A stretch of 64,000 nucleotides of DNA, taken from assembly GCF_009914755.1 (NCBI RefSeq), contig NC_060925.1. One strand, given 5' to 3'. A program made the position numbers and the translations under genes. The DNA is from the human T2T-CHM13v2.0 reference genome, Homo sapiens. A model generated the notes under the pieces. That model saw only the letters and a program-made list of their open reading frames with translations. It made no database searches and was not told where the DNA came from. Below, one piece after another: positions 44,473 through 58,670 of this stretch; the stretch's first letter is position 1; every line of letters begins with the position of its first letter.

Positions 44473-45536
44473 TCGGTTTTTGGTTACTGTAAAGGCACTT
44501 TTTAAAAATAGATAGTTGTTAAATTGTTGTTCTTGTGGTGGGGGTGGGCCCAGATCAGTGGAGACTTCTATTCTGCTATCTTGGTCCACCCCTCCTCTAG
44601 AAAATTTCTGATGCTCCTTCCAATTTTATTTTTGTTTCTATGATGTTTTGGTTTTATTTTGTATTTTTCTTCTATTATTGAGGGAGATAAATTATAGGAA
44701 ATGAACCAAATGAAATAGCCAATATTTGGCCATTTTTGATGTATAAAAGTTTCATATCGTCCAAATTAATGTTTTTTCCCTGAGTTCGGCCAGCTCATAT
44801 TTTATCTCTTCCTGTTGCCCTATCACTTTTTCTCCCTGAATTTTTATACTTCTGCTTTGTGATCTCGCTTCACAGAGGCAATGGCTTCATTAATCATTTT
44901 TAATTCTTGGAGAAATATTTATTCACAACTTTTGTCTGTCTCATAGCAGTACTTTTTTTAGTAAGTATTGTTCATTGCTTATCAACATTAGTAAATGCTG
45001 TCATTCTTGGATACTTGTTTAATGCTTTGACAATTCCTGTTTAATTACTATCTTTTCATAAGTTGCATTCTCCTAGGACAGAATTAGGTCCCTGTGGGTG
45101 GGTAGGGTATGTAAATGTATGCAAGCCACCCAAACTAGCTGTTTTACACAAAGTTTTTCTAAAGTTTTCCCTGCTGCCACAGACACAGATTACTTCTTGA
45201 AAATGTATGTTTTATGTGAGAATTTTTTTCTTTCCCAGCCTCCTCTGCATCTCTGAACCAAGCAGATGCAGAAGGTTGTCTGTCACCAGAACTGTTTACC
45301 TTAGAACCCTTACTAATTATTGCAAATTACAGACATATTTTGCATTTCAGCATGCACTCCTTACTTTCCACAAGTATAATTTCATTGGTGCTTTCTGAGA
45401 TATGCCCTTCCTGAGTCCTATCATCCTTCTCTTCATTTCTTTGTTTTAACTTTATCTTCTGCCTGATTTAATCTGCTTTGACTAGACTTTACACATATTT
45501 TAGAATATGCATACTCTGTCTGCCTTGGCAGATGAT

Positions 45537-45795
45537 AACAGTGTATAGTGGTTAAGACTTTGAACTTTATAATCAAACTATCCTAGTTTTAGACCTACCT
45601 CTCAATTCGTTATCTCTGTGACCTTATGTAAATTACTTAATTTCTTGTGCCTCAATAATGTCACCAGAAAAATAGATATTGTAGTTGTTTCTACCACATA
45701 GTGTAGGCCAACTGACTTAATGTGTGCAAATTTCCAGAAACAGTATTTGGCACGCTAATGTTATATAGATGTTAGCACTTGTTGTTATTGTTATC
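45537..45795 (+). mobile_element. MIR
   Basis: GTGTATAGTGGTTAAGA start and TGTGACCTT..TTACTTAA..GTGCCTCA core. Confidence 0.75.
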
Positions 45796-48669
45796 CTCAC
45801 CAAAAATGTAATTTGTGGGATTTTAAAGTTTTGGGATGATTTCCAAGAAGAAGGAGAAAATGCTCATTCAAATAGTCATTTTCATACCAGTAGATTATCT
45901 TTCCCTTTTATGCTGCTTATTTTTCTCAATGTCTATTTATCCTTGGTTGTTCGTTTATACGTAGGAGTGAAGGATTCAATTGATTAAAATAAATGGCTTT
46001 CGTCTGTCATTTCTGACCTTTCTCTGTCCTGAGAGCCCTGATGGCCAGCTCTGGGCTGGCGTGCAGGGCATCACATATTGTGGGCTTCCCTTAAGGCTGT
46101 ATTGTGAACTGTGTGGAAGTTAGGCTCAAACAATTTCTCTCAGAAATTTGAATCCGTCCTCTGACCAATGCCAAAACAAGGAGGGCCCTATTCTTGGGCA
46201 TCAACTTCCACCCTGGGAACTCTAGGCTCTTCTAGGCAGATTGGCTTGATTTCTTTGGAGTGTATTTCCTGTATTCCTCCATTCAACCTGCAGATAAACG
46301 TTGCTGCCGCTGGTGGGGGTGGAGGAGGCCAACAGTGCAGCCATTCACAGGCTGTTTGCCAATCAACCCTCACAATTAGGGCTAACTGCAGCTCTGTATG
46401 GTGGGAGGGACGGCCATCAATCCCCAGGATTCTCTGTAGGGTAGGAGCAGGAGGGCAAGAGGGTGCATAGAGGGGCCAATCAAAGTCAGCAGGTGCAGGA
46501 AGTACAGGTGAGAGAACAGCAGAACCAGAGGGATGGTTCAGATTGTGACTAAGAGAAGCAAAGAGCCAGAGCTGGTTTGCTGAGATTCTTATTTAGGTCT
46601 AGGCAGTAAGGCAGGACTGAGAAAGGGAAGACAGGCCAGTGGGTGAGAGGCATGGACAATTGTAAAGAAGTCGGAAGCAGGATGTGTGGTGGCTCACAAA
46701 AGTGGCTATACATGTTATAAAAGGGTCACAAGCTAATTTTTTGTTTTTATAAGGATGGCAAATCTCTGATGTTGCAGGGAATCAGAGGCAGATCTGAGCT
46801 CTTAACATAGCTAGCTGACTGTGCACTTGTATATCTGCCTATCTTCATAGCGGGTAAGACCATCTTTCTGTCCCTCTGGAGCAATGCTGAGTCATAGATG
46901 GTTCTCTATATATGTCAGTTGAATGGGGATATAGTGAATTTCTAAGATATCCTTGACTGATGTGTCCAAATGCATAGCACATTCAAACCTTGCATTTGGT
47001 TCAGGTCTTCCAAGTAAGTGAGAAGCAACAGAATGAGATAAGAACTGGATCCCCAGAGAATTCTAGTTGACATTCATGGTTCATATCTTAGCTGTCTGAA
47101 AATTCACAGAGAGCTTTAAAAACAAAGACATCTTTCCTGAAGAGGTAAAGTCTGGGCAGTGTGTGTTTTTCTCAAATTGTTCAAAACCAGCCTGGATCCC
47201 AGTAATGCAATTGGATCAGATTAGTCCATCATCTGTTTTCATCATTATTGGCATTTGTAAGAGGGAAAAATATAATAAAGCCAGGAAAGACATTTGAGAT
47301 TTAGAAATCAGCCATTCATTCTCCCTGTGAGCCCTTTTCCTCTTTCCTCCTATGAATCAGTAAGATACAGGCAGGGAGGGTCCATTGTCTCCAAATGCCC
47401 CTCTCAAGATTTGAATGCTTTTAAATATGCAAACGTACATGAGATTTAACTGGTAAGTTTTAATTTTTTTTTAAATTCAGCATTTTCTAAAATATTTTGT
47501 GCAACATAAGCTCCATGAAATGCTTTGGAAAAATATAAAAATTTATAGTCTAGCAAGTTTGGGAAATGCTTATTTTCTCTTCAAAATTTCTAAAACACAT
47601 CACTATATCAAAGAATCCAAGAAATTCTATAATATAAAAGTCTATTCAGTTTATTTAAATAGGAGTTTCTCAAATGTGGATGCTCTGTGTGTGTGTGTTG
47701 GGGTGGGAGGTGCCCACAGGGAAGGCTTTCTACTCTGGTGCCATGGCTATGGTTTGAGCACCCACTTGGATGGTGCTGAGGACCACAGCTGGCCTCTGTG
47801 GACGAGGCATCCTGGGGCTCCCTGCCTAATTCTGAGAGAAGCTTTTCTGATGCCCCTAAAGACAACTTGCTCCAGAACATTCAGTCTCCTGGAAACTCAG
47901 CCCAGTAAATGCTCTTAACTGATCCCCTTTCCTCTTGGTATTCTTGGGAGGTAGACAATCTCCTTCAACAATCTCAGGCCTCCTGTGAATAAAGTATTTC
48001 ATATTCTTGAGCAGAATCTTATTGCAAAATACTTTGACATAATTTTAGTTTCAGGGGGAAAAAATCTTGCTTTCTAAAATATAACAAAAGATGTAAACAA
48101 TATTTATATAATTCCCTTCTTCACACTTCTACAGCTCATAATTTGTACTTCTCTTATGATTCTTAGTACATTCTACATTTTACTATTTAATTTGGGTATA
48201 TATATAGTTTCCTATCTATTTGATGATAAATTACTTGGGAGCAGTGACTATGTCTTTTTCATCTTTCTTTCCTTTGGATAAAATTTTACACTGGGTTTTA
48301 CATAATAGGTGTTAACAGATGCTTATTAAACGTCTGGCTAATATTTATAACATCCCTATGAAAAATACTTGGGGAAGTTTGTTTATGTTTATTTAACTTA
48401 TGAGAAAACCGATGCAAACTAGAAAGATTTATTCATTTTCCCAAGATGAGCTAATTATGGCAGAGATAAGAGAAAACCCAAAATTTATAGGCTCAGAATC
48501 AGAAGGTTGGGAAGAAGGTTTAAGAAATTCTGCGCTGATTCCAAATCTTTTTTTCCTGATGTTTGCTACAGGCTTGAGGAAGCCATGTGAGGCTGGCCAG
48601 CTAGCAGCATGGCAAAATGAATAGGGCACTAGATTCAGAGGCTTGGGTCCTGCTGTTGATATGAAAATG

Positions 48670-49170
48670 AAAAAGGCATAGCCCTGCCCTCAAGGAACTT
48701 ACAGTCCAGTGGTGATTGATGCAAGGAAACAGAAAGATAAATCGCATAATGGAACCACATGGTGTGCACTGCAGAAACACAGGAGAGAACATGATTATCA
48801 TTGCTCAAGGGCTTCAAGGGCATTACACAGCAGGGGTAAATTCTGTGATGGACTTTGAAGGATAAATAAAAGTTGACAAGGCAAACAAGAAGGAAAAAAG
48901 TAACTTGAGACAGAGGGAAGAACATGTGTGCAGTTAATGAGACCTCAAAGAGCATACTGAGCTGATGGATTGGAAAGTACATTAGTTGGCTAAAGCGTTG
49001 AGTTTATATGAGAGGGATGGCAGGGGTGGTGTTGGCCAGAAAAGAAACTAGAAACGTAGAAGACTGGGGCCAAAGTTTGAATGGTCAAGCAAAGGAGTTT
49101 AGACTTCATCTTCTGAGTCATGGCAGCCATTGAAGGCTTTAAGAGAGGGATTGATGTCATCAAATATGCT
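48670..49170 (-). mobile_element. L2 fragment
   Basis: CCCTGCCCTCAAGGAACTTACAGTC, AAGGAGTTTAGACTT and AGCCATTGAAGGCTTTAAG motifs. Confidence 0.65.
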
Positions 49171-50264
49171 ACTTGAAGGCAGAAAGTGTGTTTATTTCTG
49201 CATGGTATTTTCTGACAGGTGATGCATGGCTAACAGCAAGCACTCAATAAATATTTATGGAATAGAATGATGAGTATATTTTAGAGAGAGATGTTTTCTC
49301 AGGCCAGTATCTGAACAAACAGAGTTTGTAGACCAGATTCTGCCTGGGTGTGAGCCTCTTCCCAGAGCTTCAGAGACCCTCTTTCCTTAGGTCAATGGTC
49401 ATACAGATGGATTTCCCAGAGACCCTACTCATCCACCATTATTTCTCACAGCAGATCCCTACTCTGCCGTCTTTTCACCATTGCCAGCCCCTCTGTGATG
49501 CATATGAAAAGGGAAAAAGAGAGGCCACGGAGGCATCATCTGTCTATTCTGATTCCAGCTCTTTCTCCATTGCCTCTTGTGCTCCACATGCAGCCCAGAG
49601 CCACTGACCTTCAACAAGCTGAGCAAATTATTTTTTGCTAATGAGCTTAATTACCTATTTCTCTATTTAACACACACTTTAGACTTTTGTAAAGGCCTTT
49701 GGAAACCCTTTGTTGCACCAGCAGGTACTTGTGGCAGAAAGGTAGAACTGCTTTAGCCCCACAAAGCCCAGCAGCTGTGACTGCCCAGATAATGAGGCTG
49801 GGGCTCGCCCACCTCTTCACAGCTGGGGCTTTATTTGATCTTCATAACAAGTATTGGGATAGACATTATTATCCTCCTTTACAGATGAGAAAACTGAGCC
49901 CTATGAGGTTGAGTTATTCACCCTTTTCCAGACTGGTCTGGGTCCTTCCTGGATATGTAACACCCTCTCTGAGGCTTTGAAAGCTCTGTATTATGGGATA
50001 CATGGTAGCCTCTCAGGGACCTTTTGAAGTCTGCATGTTTATTGCCATAAATGGCTGACAGAATGAAAGAGACACTGGTCGTTGGGAGGCAATGGCTGTT
50101 TTCTCCATTTTTCCAAAGGGGAGACTAAGGCCCAAGGAACATTGTTCCTTCCACACCATCTGCTGGTAACTGTCTTCTCCAGTCTCAAAAGCTGCCCCAT
50201 CAACCTCTGTTTCTTGAACGGCTTGTTCTCATCCAGCACTGGCTGGGCTTTGGGGGAGGAGGTG

Positions 50265-50418
50265 CTTCTCTGATTTGCACTTGCATGTGAATCATCTGGA
50301 GAGCTGGTTAACAACGCAGATTTGGATCCTATAGTTCTGGGGTGGGACCTGAGATTCTGCTCCTATAATAAGCAACCAGCTGATTCTCAGGCTGCTGGTG
50401 CGTTGACTGCACTTTGAG
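50265..50418. mobile_element. MER5-type hAT MITE relic
   Basis: GAATCATCTGGAGAGCTGGTTAA..GCAGATT..GGGGTGGGACCTGAGATTCTGC..CACTTTGAG. Confidence 0.65.
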
Positions 50419-52006
50419 TGACAAGACAGTGGAGAGAAGAAGAGAAAGCAAAGAAGCAGCCCCGCCTTCAAAGAAATCCCTGACTTGTAGAGAAAACAAA
50501 ATTGGAGCAAACACCTGAGGGGCAGAGATGTTTGTTCATGCCTCTGAAGTTAACAGAGGCCTGTGCCATGGGCCATTGTTTAAGGTTGTTGGCTGAACAA
50601 ATGAGAAATTATAAGAAAGCAGTGCCTACTTCCAAACCAACATGAGTAAACTGGCAGGAGCCAAGTCCAAGGAGCTCAGAAATCACTAGGGATTAAGAAC
50701 AATTCAATTCAACAATGAAACGTGTGATTTCTTATATTATTCAATATAGTTATTTATTTTATTCATTTAATGAGTGCCTACTATTTGACATCATGTGAGG
50801 AACCGGAGTACAAGGGTGAGTATCAGAGGGTCATGTACTCTCAAAGTGCTAAGTGGAGGGGAAACCAACAGTAAGGCCGATGCCCGCCATTTAGAACAGT
50901 GACTTTAAACTGATTTTTTACTGTGACACACAATAACACAATAAGGGGTATGTGTTACATTGTGACCTGATATGTGTGCATGTGCATATATATAAAACAC
51001 TGAAGCAAAAGTTTCTGGAAATAATATTTACATTTTATTAACATTTCTTAGTTCGTTTTTTTTAAACATCTCTTGAACATGAAGAGGCAAAAAGAGGAAG
51101 TAAATGATACGTCCAGGAAGCTCTGGAGCATGGAAGGGGACCATGTGACCAAGCTGCAGGCATGGAAGGATGTGGTCTCTGTCCCTGAGGACCTACTGCC
51201 AGTGATCCCCATTGGCCAAGCCAAACCAGAAGCGGGGGCAGTGGCATGGTGGCAAGGGTGCCCAGGTGTCATACAGTACGTGGAAGGTGGTATCCCGGTC
51301 AAGAGCAGGATGATGAATTAATGTTGGTGATAGGGAGGAGAGGGTTGGCAAGAGGAGAGTATTAGCTAGACCAGATATTTGTGCCTACTTTACGTGATAT
51401 ACTCTGATATTTTCTATTCTATCCTATTTCATTATCTTCCATTTCTTTACCTTTCTTCCCACTCAGTCATTCCCCCTTTCCTTTCTGCCTGCTCTTCCTG
51501 CCTTCCTCTTTCCCCACACTTTTAGTAAAAAGGTGGCATGAGGATTTGACGTTCAATAGATCAAAAAAGAAATACAGAGGGATCATATTTCCTATATGAT
51601 CCTCAGGGTGGATCAAAGTCGTGGTGAGGAGGGAGCATGGGGCTCAAAGTCACATGAAATCACCAGCTTTCTTCCACTATATTGAACAGTGTATGTGGTG
51701 AGAGACTACCAAGGAGCTGATTCTTGGACCTGAGCCAAATCCAGTCAATTAAGAGAGGTCTGGGAGTGTTTAAGGACTAGTAACAACATCTATCATTAGA
51801 ATTGACGCACTCAACAGAGGATCGCCTGGAGGCTCTTCACAAATTTTTCTTGACATTGGAAAAACTGGCTTAAGGGGATTTGTACAACGTTCCAAAGGTT
51901 CTTGATTGGAATTCTAACACATATCTTGCAGCTAGAAAGAAGGAAGCAACTCAAATACATTCAAATAAATTCATTCATGTGCTGTCCAGCACAGCGATAA
52001 AAATCA

Positions 52007-52152
52007 AAATGCCAGGAGAACTCATTATAGGTAGAGGATTTAGAGATAGATAGGGTTCCTACAGATGGTGACCCAAAGAATAAAAAATGTCAGGAGAACT
52101 TGTTTTAGGTACAGAGAATTTAGAGATAGGTTCTTAGAGATGGTGACCCATA
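52007..52152. repeat. Diverged ~75-bp tandem duplication
   Basis: AAAATG(C/T)CAGGAGAACT..TAGGTA..ATTTAGAGATAG..GATGGTGACCCA occurs twice. Confidence 0.85.
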
Positions 52153-52746
52153 GCCCATAGTCATTTCAGGCTAAGGGCTATTATGCCTTTATTTTTCATT
52201 TGTAGTTGTACCTGCTTATTCTTCAGAACACTTTTGCAAAAGAAAAATGAAGAAACTACTGCTTACCCACACATCTTGTGTTTTGACACCATGTGACATT
52301 ACTGTATAATCTTATGCAACTGAGAAGACCTCCTTGAGCCTCATTGCCATCACTGTGAAAGAGAATATAATGCATCAAAGCACAGGTAGATCTCCCAATG
52401 CAGCTCCAAAGTATACATGTAAATGAGTTAAAAGTATATATGTAAAGAGTTAATTTAACATTCTGGTTTCAGGGGAGAAAATTCTATGAAGAAGTACTTG
52501 AGCAGGTCCTCATAACGGTAATAATGTTTTATCCATGGTAGTGGGGCAAAGGAAAGTGTAGATAATGGAAATCCACAGATTAAAAAGTCAATCCCTATCT
52601 CAGCTTCTGCCTGCTTTTCTAGACCTGTGCTTGTCCAGGGAAAAGAGGGAAGGTGACAGGCACTGAAGGTGAAGCTTAGTCATGGGTATTAGAGGCAAAT
52701 TGTAAAACTTGACTCAGCCTGCTGTGTCCCCTTCTTCTTCAGCATG

Positions 52747-53110
52747 TGATGTGGTTTGGTTGTGTCCCCACCCAAATCTCACCTTGAATTATAGCTCCCA
52801 TAATTCCCATGTGTTGTGGGAGGGACCCAGTGGGAGATGATTGAATCATGGCGGTGGTTTCCCCCATACCGTTCTCGTGGTAGTGAATAAATCTCACAGA
52901 ATCTGATGGTTTTATAAGGGGAAACCCCTTTTGTTTGGCTGTCCTTTTATCTCTTGCCTGCCACCATGTAGGACGTGTCTTTTGCCTTCCACTGTGATTG
53001 GGAGGCCTCCCCAGTAATGTGGAACTGTGAGTCCATTAAACCTCATTTTCTTTATAAGTTGTCCAGTCTCAGGTATGTCTTTATCAGAAGCATGAAAACA
53101 GACTAATATA
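52747..53110 (+). mobile_element. THE1 (B/C-like) MaLR solo LTR
   Basis: TGATGTGGTTTGG..CCCCACCCAAATCTCA start and ACAGACTAATATA end. 5-bp TSD GCATG/CCATG. Confidence 0.92.
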
Positions 53111-54315
53111 CCATGTCATCACTCACATGCCTCTTCTGCTCTGAGACCAGCCCCAAAACTGCTGCCATAGCTCAGGGCATCTTAAAATCTCTGCCTGCCT
53201 TCTATCCTACCACTGCACACCCACCCAAGAGAGTTCTCATATAGCTGGAAGAGGTCCAAGGACATTGTTAGTTTGCTTCTAAATCCATGGTATGTGTTGG
53301 AATTCTCAATCTCTCTCTTTTTATGTCTCTCTCTATCTCTCCTTCCTCCCTGCCCCTGCCCCCTTCATACACAACTGGTGTTGAAAGGCAGACCTGAGAC
53401 TGTACCCTGCCTAGAAACACTTAGCCTGGGTGATTCAATAGCTTCCATTACTTCATTAGCTTTCCTCTACTGAGAAAAGCTTCTCCCCTCCGTGCCCACT
53501 CCGTCTCTTCTGGATTTTCTGTGCATGCTGCCAAGAGGTCAGATCTTGAGGGCCAGGATTCAGATGTGGAGCTAGTATGCTGGGCCTGGAGTCTGCATGT
53601 ACTCCAGGCAGAAAAAGGCAGCTCCATAGTGGTACCCTCTAACTCACCAGAAGGCTACATGAGGGTTTGGGCAAAAGACCAGAACCCAGATCTCATGCTT
53701 TGCTCATTTCCTCCAGGAATCTAGTAGGGGCAAGGTGACTGGTCTTGTCATGTCTCAAATCTTTGCTGAAACATGACAAACTCCTCCAGTACCCAAACTT
53801 TCCTCTGGACATTGATTTATGCTATTCTCTGGGTTTGGAATTCTCTACCCTACCTTCCCTCCATTATTGGTCCTGATACTGTGATGTTACAATACAGTTA
53901 CACGTCCCAATATTACAATTACAGGAGGCTCTGTCCCTGGCCTGCCTTCCCCTCCACTCCAGCCCTCAGACTCTCCTCTCTTCTCTGAATTACTATGGCA
54001 TCTTTTAGCCTACAGTTTAGAATGAGGATTACCAGACCCTGTCTTGGGTGTATTTGTGTTTGTACTTGTTTCAAGTCTTTAAATCACATTGTTCCTGCTA
54101 GATGATGGCCATCTCCCTTCCCCAGTGGAGGGAGACCCAGAGTGAACAAGGGACACCATCCGTGTAATCAGCAATGCCACATGAGGACTTTTCAGGGGAC
54201 TGGAGCAGCTATGAGAGGTGTCTGTCCTGCCTGCCCAGAGGAGAGTGGGACTCCGCAGAGGAGTCCGACTGTGGACTCTGCCATTTCGAGTAAAGAAAGA
54301 GAAGAGTTATGACTA

Positions 54316-54718
<403 letters not shown>

Positions 54719-54780
54719 TTAGTGCTTCAAACTAATGAAATTCAGACCTTTGTTCTGAGATAGGAATCTTGCTCAGTGAC

Positions 54781-55164
54781 TGTATTTGTTTGCTAGGGCT
54801 GCCATAACAAAGCATCACAGACAGGGTGGCTTGAACAATGCAACTGTATTTCCTGCGGTTCTGGAGGCTGGGAGTCTGAGATCAAGGTGTCAGCAGGGTT
54901 TCTTTTGAGGCCTCTTTTCTTGGCTTTCAGCTGGCTGCCTTCTTGCTCTATCTTCCAACGGTCTCCCTGTGGTATATGGGTGTTTCCTAATCTCTTCTTC
55001 TTGTAAGTACACCAAGCTTACTGGATTTGGACCCACCCATGTGACCTCATTTTACCTTAGTTACCTACTTAAGGACCCTATCTCTAAGTATAGTCAGATT
55101 CTGAGGTACTAGCTGTTAGGACTCCAACCTATGAATTTGGGGAGATATAATTCAGTCCATAAAA
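54781..55164 (-). mobile_element. MLT1 (A/B-like) MaLR solo LTR
   Basis: GGGCTGCCATAACAAA..TTCTGGAGGCTGGGAGTCTGAGATCAAGGTG. TSD GTGAC at 54776-80 and 55165-69. Confidence 0.88.
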
Positions 55165-55199
55165 GTGACTTTGGGCAAAGTCAAATTTCACTCAATGGA

Positions 55200-55415
55200 A
55201 TTTTATTCAATTCATTTACCAAGATAAATTGAGCACCCAATTGCACCAGGCCCTGCTCAGATGCTGGGGATACATCACTGAACACAACAGACACAAATCC
55301 ACATCTCTGTGGAGGTGATATTCTGGTGCAGAGAGAGAGACAGTAAATGGAATGAATAAGAAAACATATATGACATGTCAAATAATAATAAAGCCTATGG
55401 AGGAAGTTAAAGTAT
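55200..55415 (-). mobile_element. L2 3' end
   Basis: ATTCAATTCATTTA..TTGAGCACC..CCAGGCCCTG..GCTGGGGATACA. Confidence 0.7.
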
Positions 55416-55569
55416 GGGGGTGGTTGGGGGGTTGGGGGGGACAGTGTCATCTAACTCATCCCCAACCTTCAGGCAGGAATGAGTGAAATTGCCCATGAAG
55501 GGAGTGCACTGAGGAGCAGAAGCAGGATGCAGTAGGAGCATGAGAGCAGAAATCCTTCCTCTGTGGATT

Positions 55570-56245
<676 letters not shown>

Positions 56246-57574
56246 AAGGAAAATTTGACGACTCCATTAATCTCATTACTAACAAGTACTTACATTTGTT
56301 GCTGTCTGATTACGTCAGGCACTGTGCTGTGCCTGCTCTTATGCATCCTCCCAACAGTCCAAAGAGTGCTATCTCTTTTCACATTTATAGTCAAAGAAAC
56401 TGAGGCTTAGAGAGGTCATGTAACTTGCCTAAAATCCATCTGATGGACCAGAGTCTTAGCCACTCTTGGCACCACGCTGAGCTGTCTAGAGAAGGGCAGG
56501 TCACTGTTACAGCTGGAGTTGAAAGTTGATGTTCATTGACTTTCTAACACTTTTTTGTCTTTTACTAAAGCTGCCAGCTTAACGTCTTACCAGAGGACTA
56601 ATAAATCTTATTTCCAACAAGCGACTGCCAACATTAAAACATGCAAAATTTCTCAACATAAATTTTCCCAACAATTGTAACTCATTACTTGGATACGAGG
56701 CATGCACTACTGCAGTCTGTCCACGGTGGTGAGGAAAACACTGGGCACGAGCCCAGCAACACATTCTTTGACAGCAGCATGAAATATTTTACAACAGTTT
56801 CCAGGAAGTTTTCACTGGCTTTCTCAATTACAATGAAGTCTTCTTGTGGGCATCTGTTGCAGTGAGCCTTAACACACACATCCTCCCCGTGCTCTCAGGC
56901 CGCTCGGCAGCCAGCAGATGCCCAGGACAAGAGAAGCCCTTGTTTCAGACATTTGCTTTCTCAAAGGCATTCCGGGCTCTCTTCGGGGACTCTTGGTCAG
57001 TGTCCTGTGGCGTGGCCTCCCTCTTGCCTTCCTGCTGTGGGTACTGCTTCAACCACAGAAATCCAGAGCCCTTTACTCGTTGGTTTCAAAGTAAATCTTT
57101 GCTTTGGGGACAGTATCCTCTTTTGCTAAGTATGAAGACTGGAAGTTAACTAAAAATCCCACACTGGTGGATAACCCTGCTCAACCAGAAAAAATCGAAC
57201 CCTGTTCAGTCAGAAAGGTTGAACATATTTCACATGATTTTAATCATTTGTTTTTCATAACCAAGGGTCTGTAGTTCATATCCTTTGTTCATTCTTTTAC
57301 TGTTTTGTTCTTTTCCTTATTTTAAAGGGTTCTTTACATATTCTGAACACTAATCCCTTGCTGAGTGCTGGCAAATATGTTTTCCCAATTTGTGACTCAC
57401 TCTTTTACTTTATTGTGTTACAATTTTAATTTTAAATTGGAACGGATCATTTTTTCTTTCATGATATTGCTTTTCGTGTTTTAAACATCATTTATATACT
57501 CCTCCATATTTTCTACTCCATTGACACAAACTATCTGTAGCTTTTGTCAAAGTTTTCTCCATAATTGTTCTTTC

Positions 57575-57863
57575 TTATTTTTATTATTTTAGAGACAGTG
57601 TCTTGTTCTGTCACCCAGGCTGGAGTACAGTGACACAATTATAGCTCACTGCAAGCTTTGACCTCCTGGGCTCAGGCGATCTTCTCAGCCTCAGCCTGGG
57701 CACATCTGGGACTACAGGTGCACGCTACTACATCTGGCTAATTTTTAATTTTTCTGGAGAGAGGGGTTGCCCAGGTTGGTCTTGAATTTCTGACCCCAAA
57801 CAACCCTCCTTCCTTGGCCTCACAAAGTGCTAGGATTATGGGCATAAACTACCATGCCAGGCC
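57575..57863 (-). mobile_element. AluJ
   Basis: Diverged antisense Alu (ATAGCTCACTGCA, CTCCTGGGCTCA). Confidence 0.9.
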
Positions 57864-58365
57864 TGTTGTTTTAAATATAATTTTCAAAAGGCAGATGGCA
57901 CTAACTGTCATAAAAAAGAGGTATCTCCCTTTGGATGTTATGACTATGTTCCTTAAGAATGGAATTTCTCTTTCCTGATGGTGTTGTTGGCTTTCAGAAG
58001 ACAAACATGTCTCTAATTCTGCAATCTATGTCTCACCTGTGGGGAATCCTCTGTCTTTCTCCTCTTGTTCAACTAAGTAATAAAAAAATTTCAATTGCTT
58101 AAGCATCTAAGAATACTGCAACCTTTCTCATCACCTTTTCCATCCATGATGCTTTGGTGTGCCTATGTCTGTATCTATCTATTGATGTATCTACCTAAGC
58201 TGAGAGGTTGGCACACATTATGTGTGTGTCTTAGTAAATGATATTTTTCTACTTATGTCTTATATGAAACATTATTAAAATGAATGTAGGTTTTCAGAAC
58301 ATATTGAAGCTAACCCATAAAAGGCAACTCAGTTCTGGAGCACAGAAGGTTAGAATAGCTATGGG

Positions 58366-58670
58366 ATGATGTGCTGCAAATAAACCCAGTGGCTTAACAC
58401 AACAGATTATTTTCCTTTCTAAGCAGGGGTCCAGAGCAAATCAGGCACTTTTAATCTTAGGGCGCCACCATCTCAACATGAGACCCCCTCAGCCATGGGG
58501 CGGCTAAAGGGCCAGCTGGAGAATTGCCCTGACTCTTGTATGCTTTGGCCTGGAAGTGGGGCCCATCACTTCTACCCACAGCACATTGACCCGACCCTTT
58601 CAGCTGAGCCCACCTAACTGCAAGGGGGCTGAGAATATGAATGAGTGGATGCACTATTCGGTAAACATCA
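58366..58670 (-). mobile_element. Old MLT1 (J/K-like) LTR fragment
   Basis: CAGTGGCTTAACACAACA..GGCCTGGAAGTG..CATCACTTCT..CCCACCTAACTGCAAGGGGGCTG. Confidence 0.65.

Larger units (their letters stand above)
30403..44595 (-). mobile_element. Near full-length older L1 (L1MA-type 3' end), split by an AluY and a younger L1PA
   Basis: 3'UTR at 30.4 kb, ORF2 remnants (e.g. ORFs 32987..33181, 33785..33991), ORF1/5'UTR to 38047 and terminal 5' piece 44475-44595. TSD TCTAGA(T/A)AATTT at 30391-30402 and 44596-44607. Confidence 0.88.

Noticed and set aside
52007-52152. CRISPR-like or spacer array
   Set aside because: Only two diverged units without spacers, in eukaryotic DNA.
55416-55440. G-quadruplex-capable G runs (also ~2863-2896)
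   Set aside because: Located at a repeat edge or in an L1 3'UTR. Common, with no functional context.
56540-57180. Processed pseudogene interpretation
   Set aside because: No clear poly-A tail or TSD pair, and no recognisable parent gene.
57888-57904. CTCF-like GGCAGATGGCACT
   Set aside because: Lacks the 5' CC of the core motif. Weak match.
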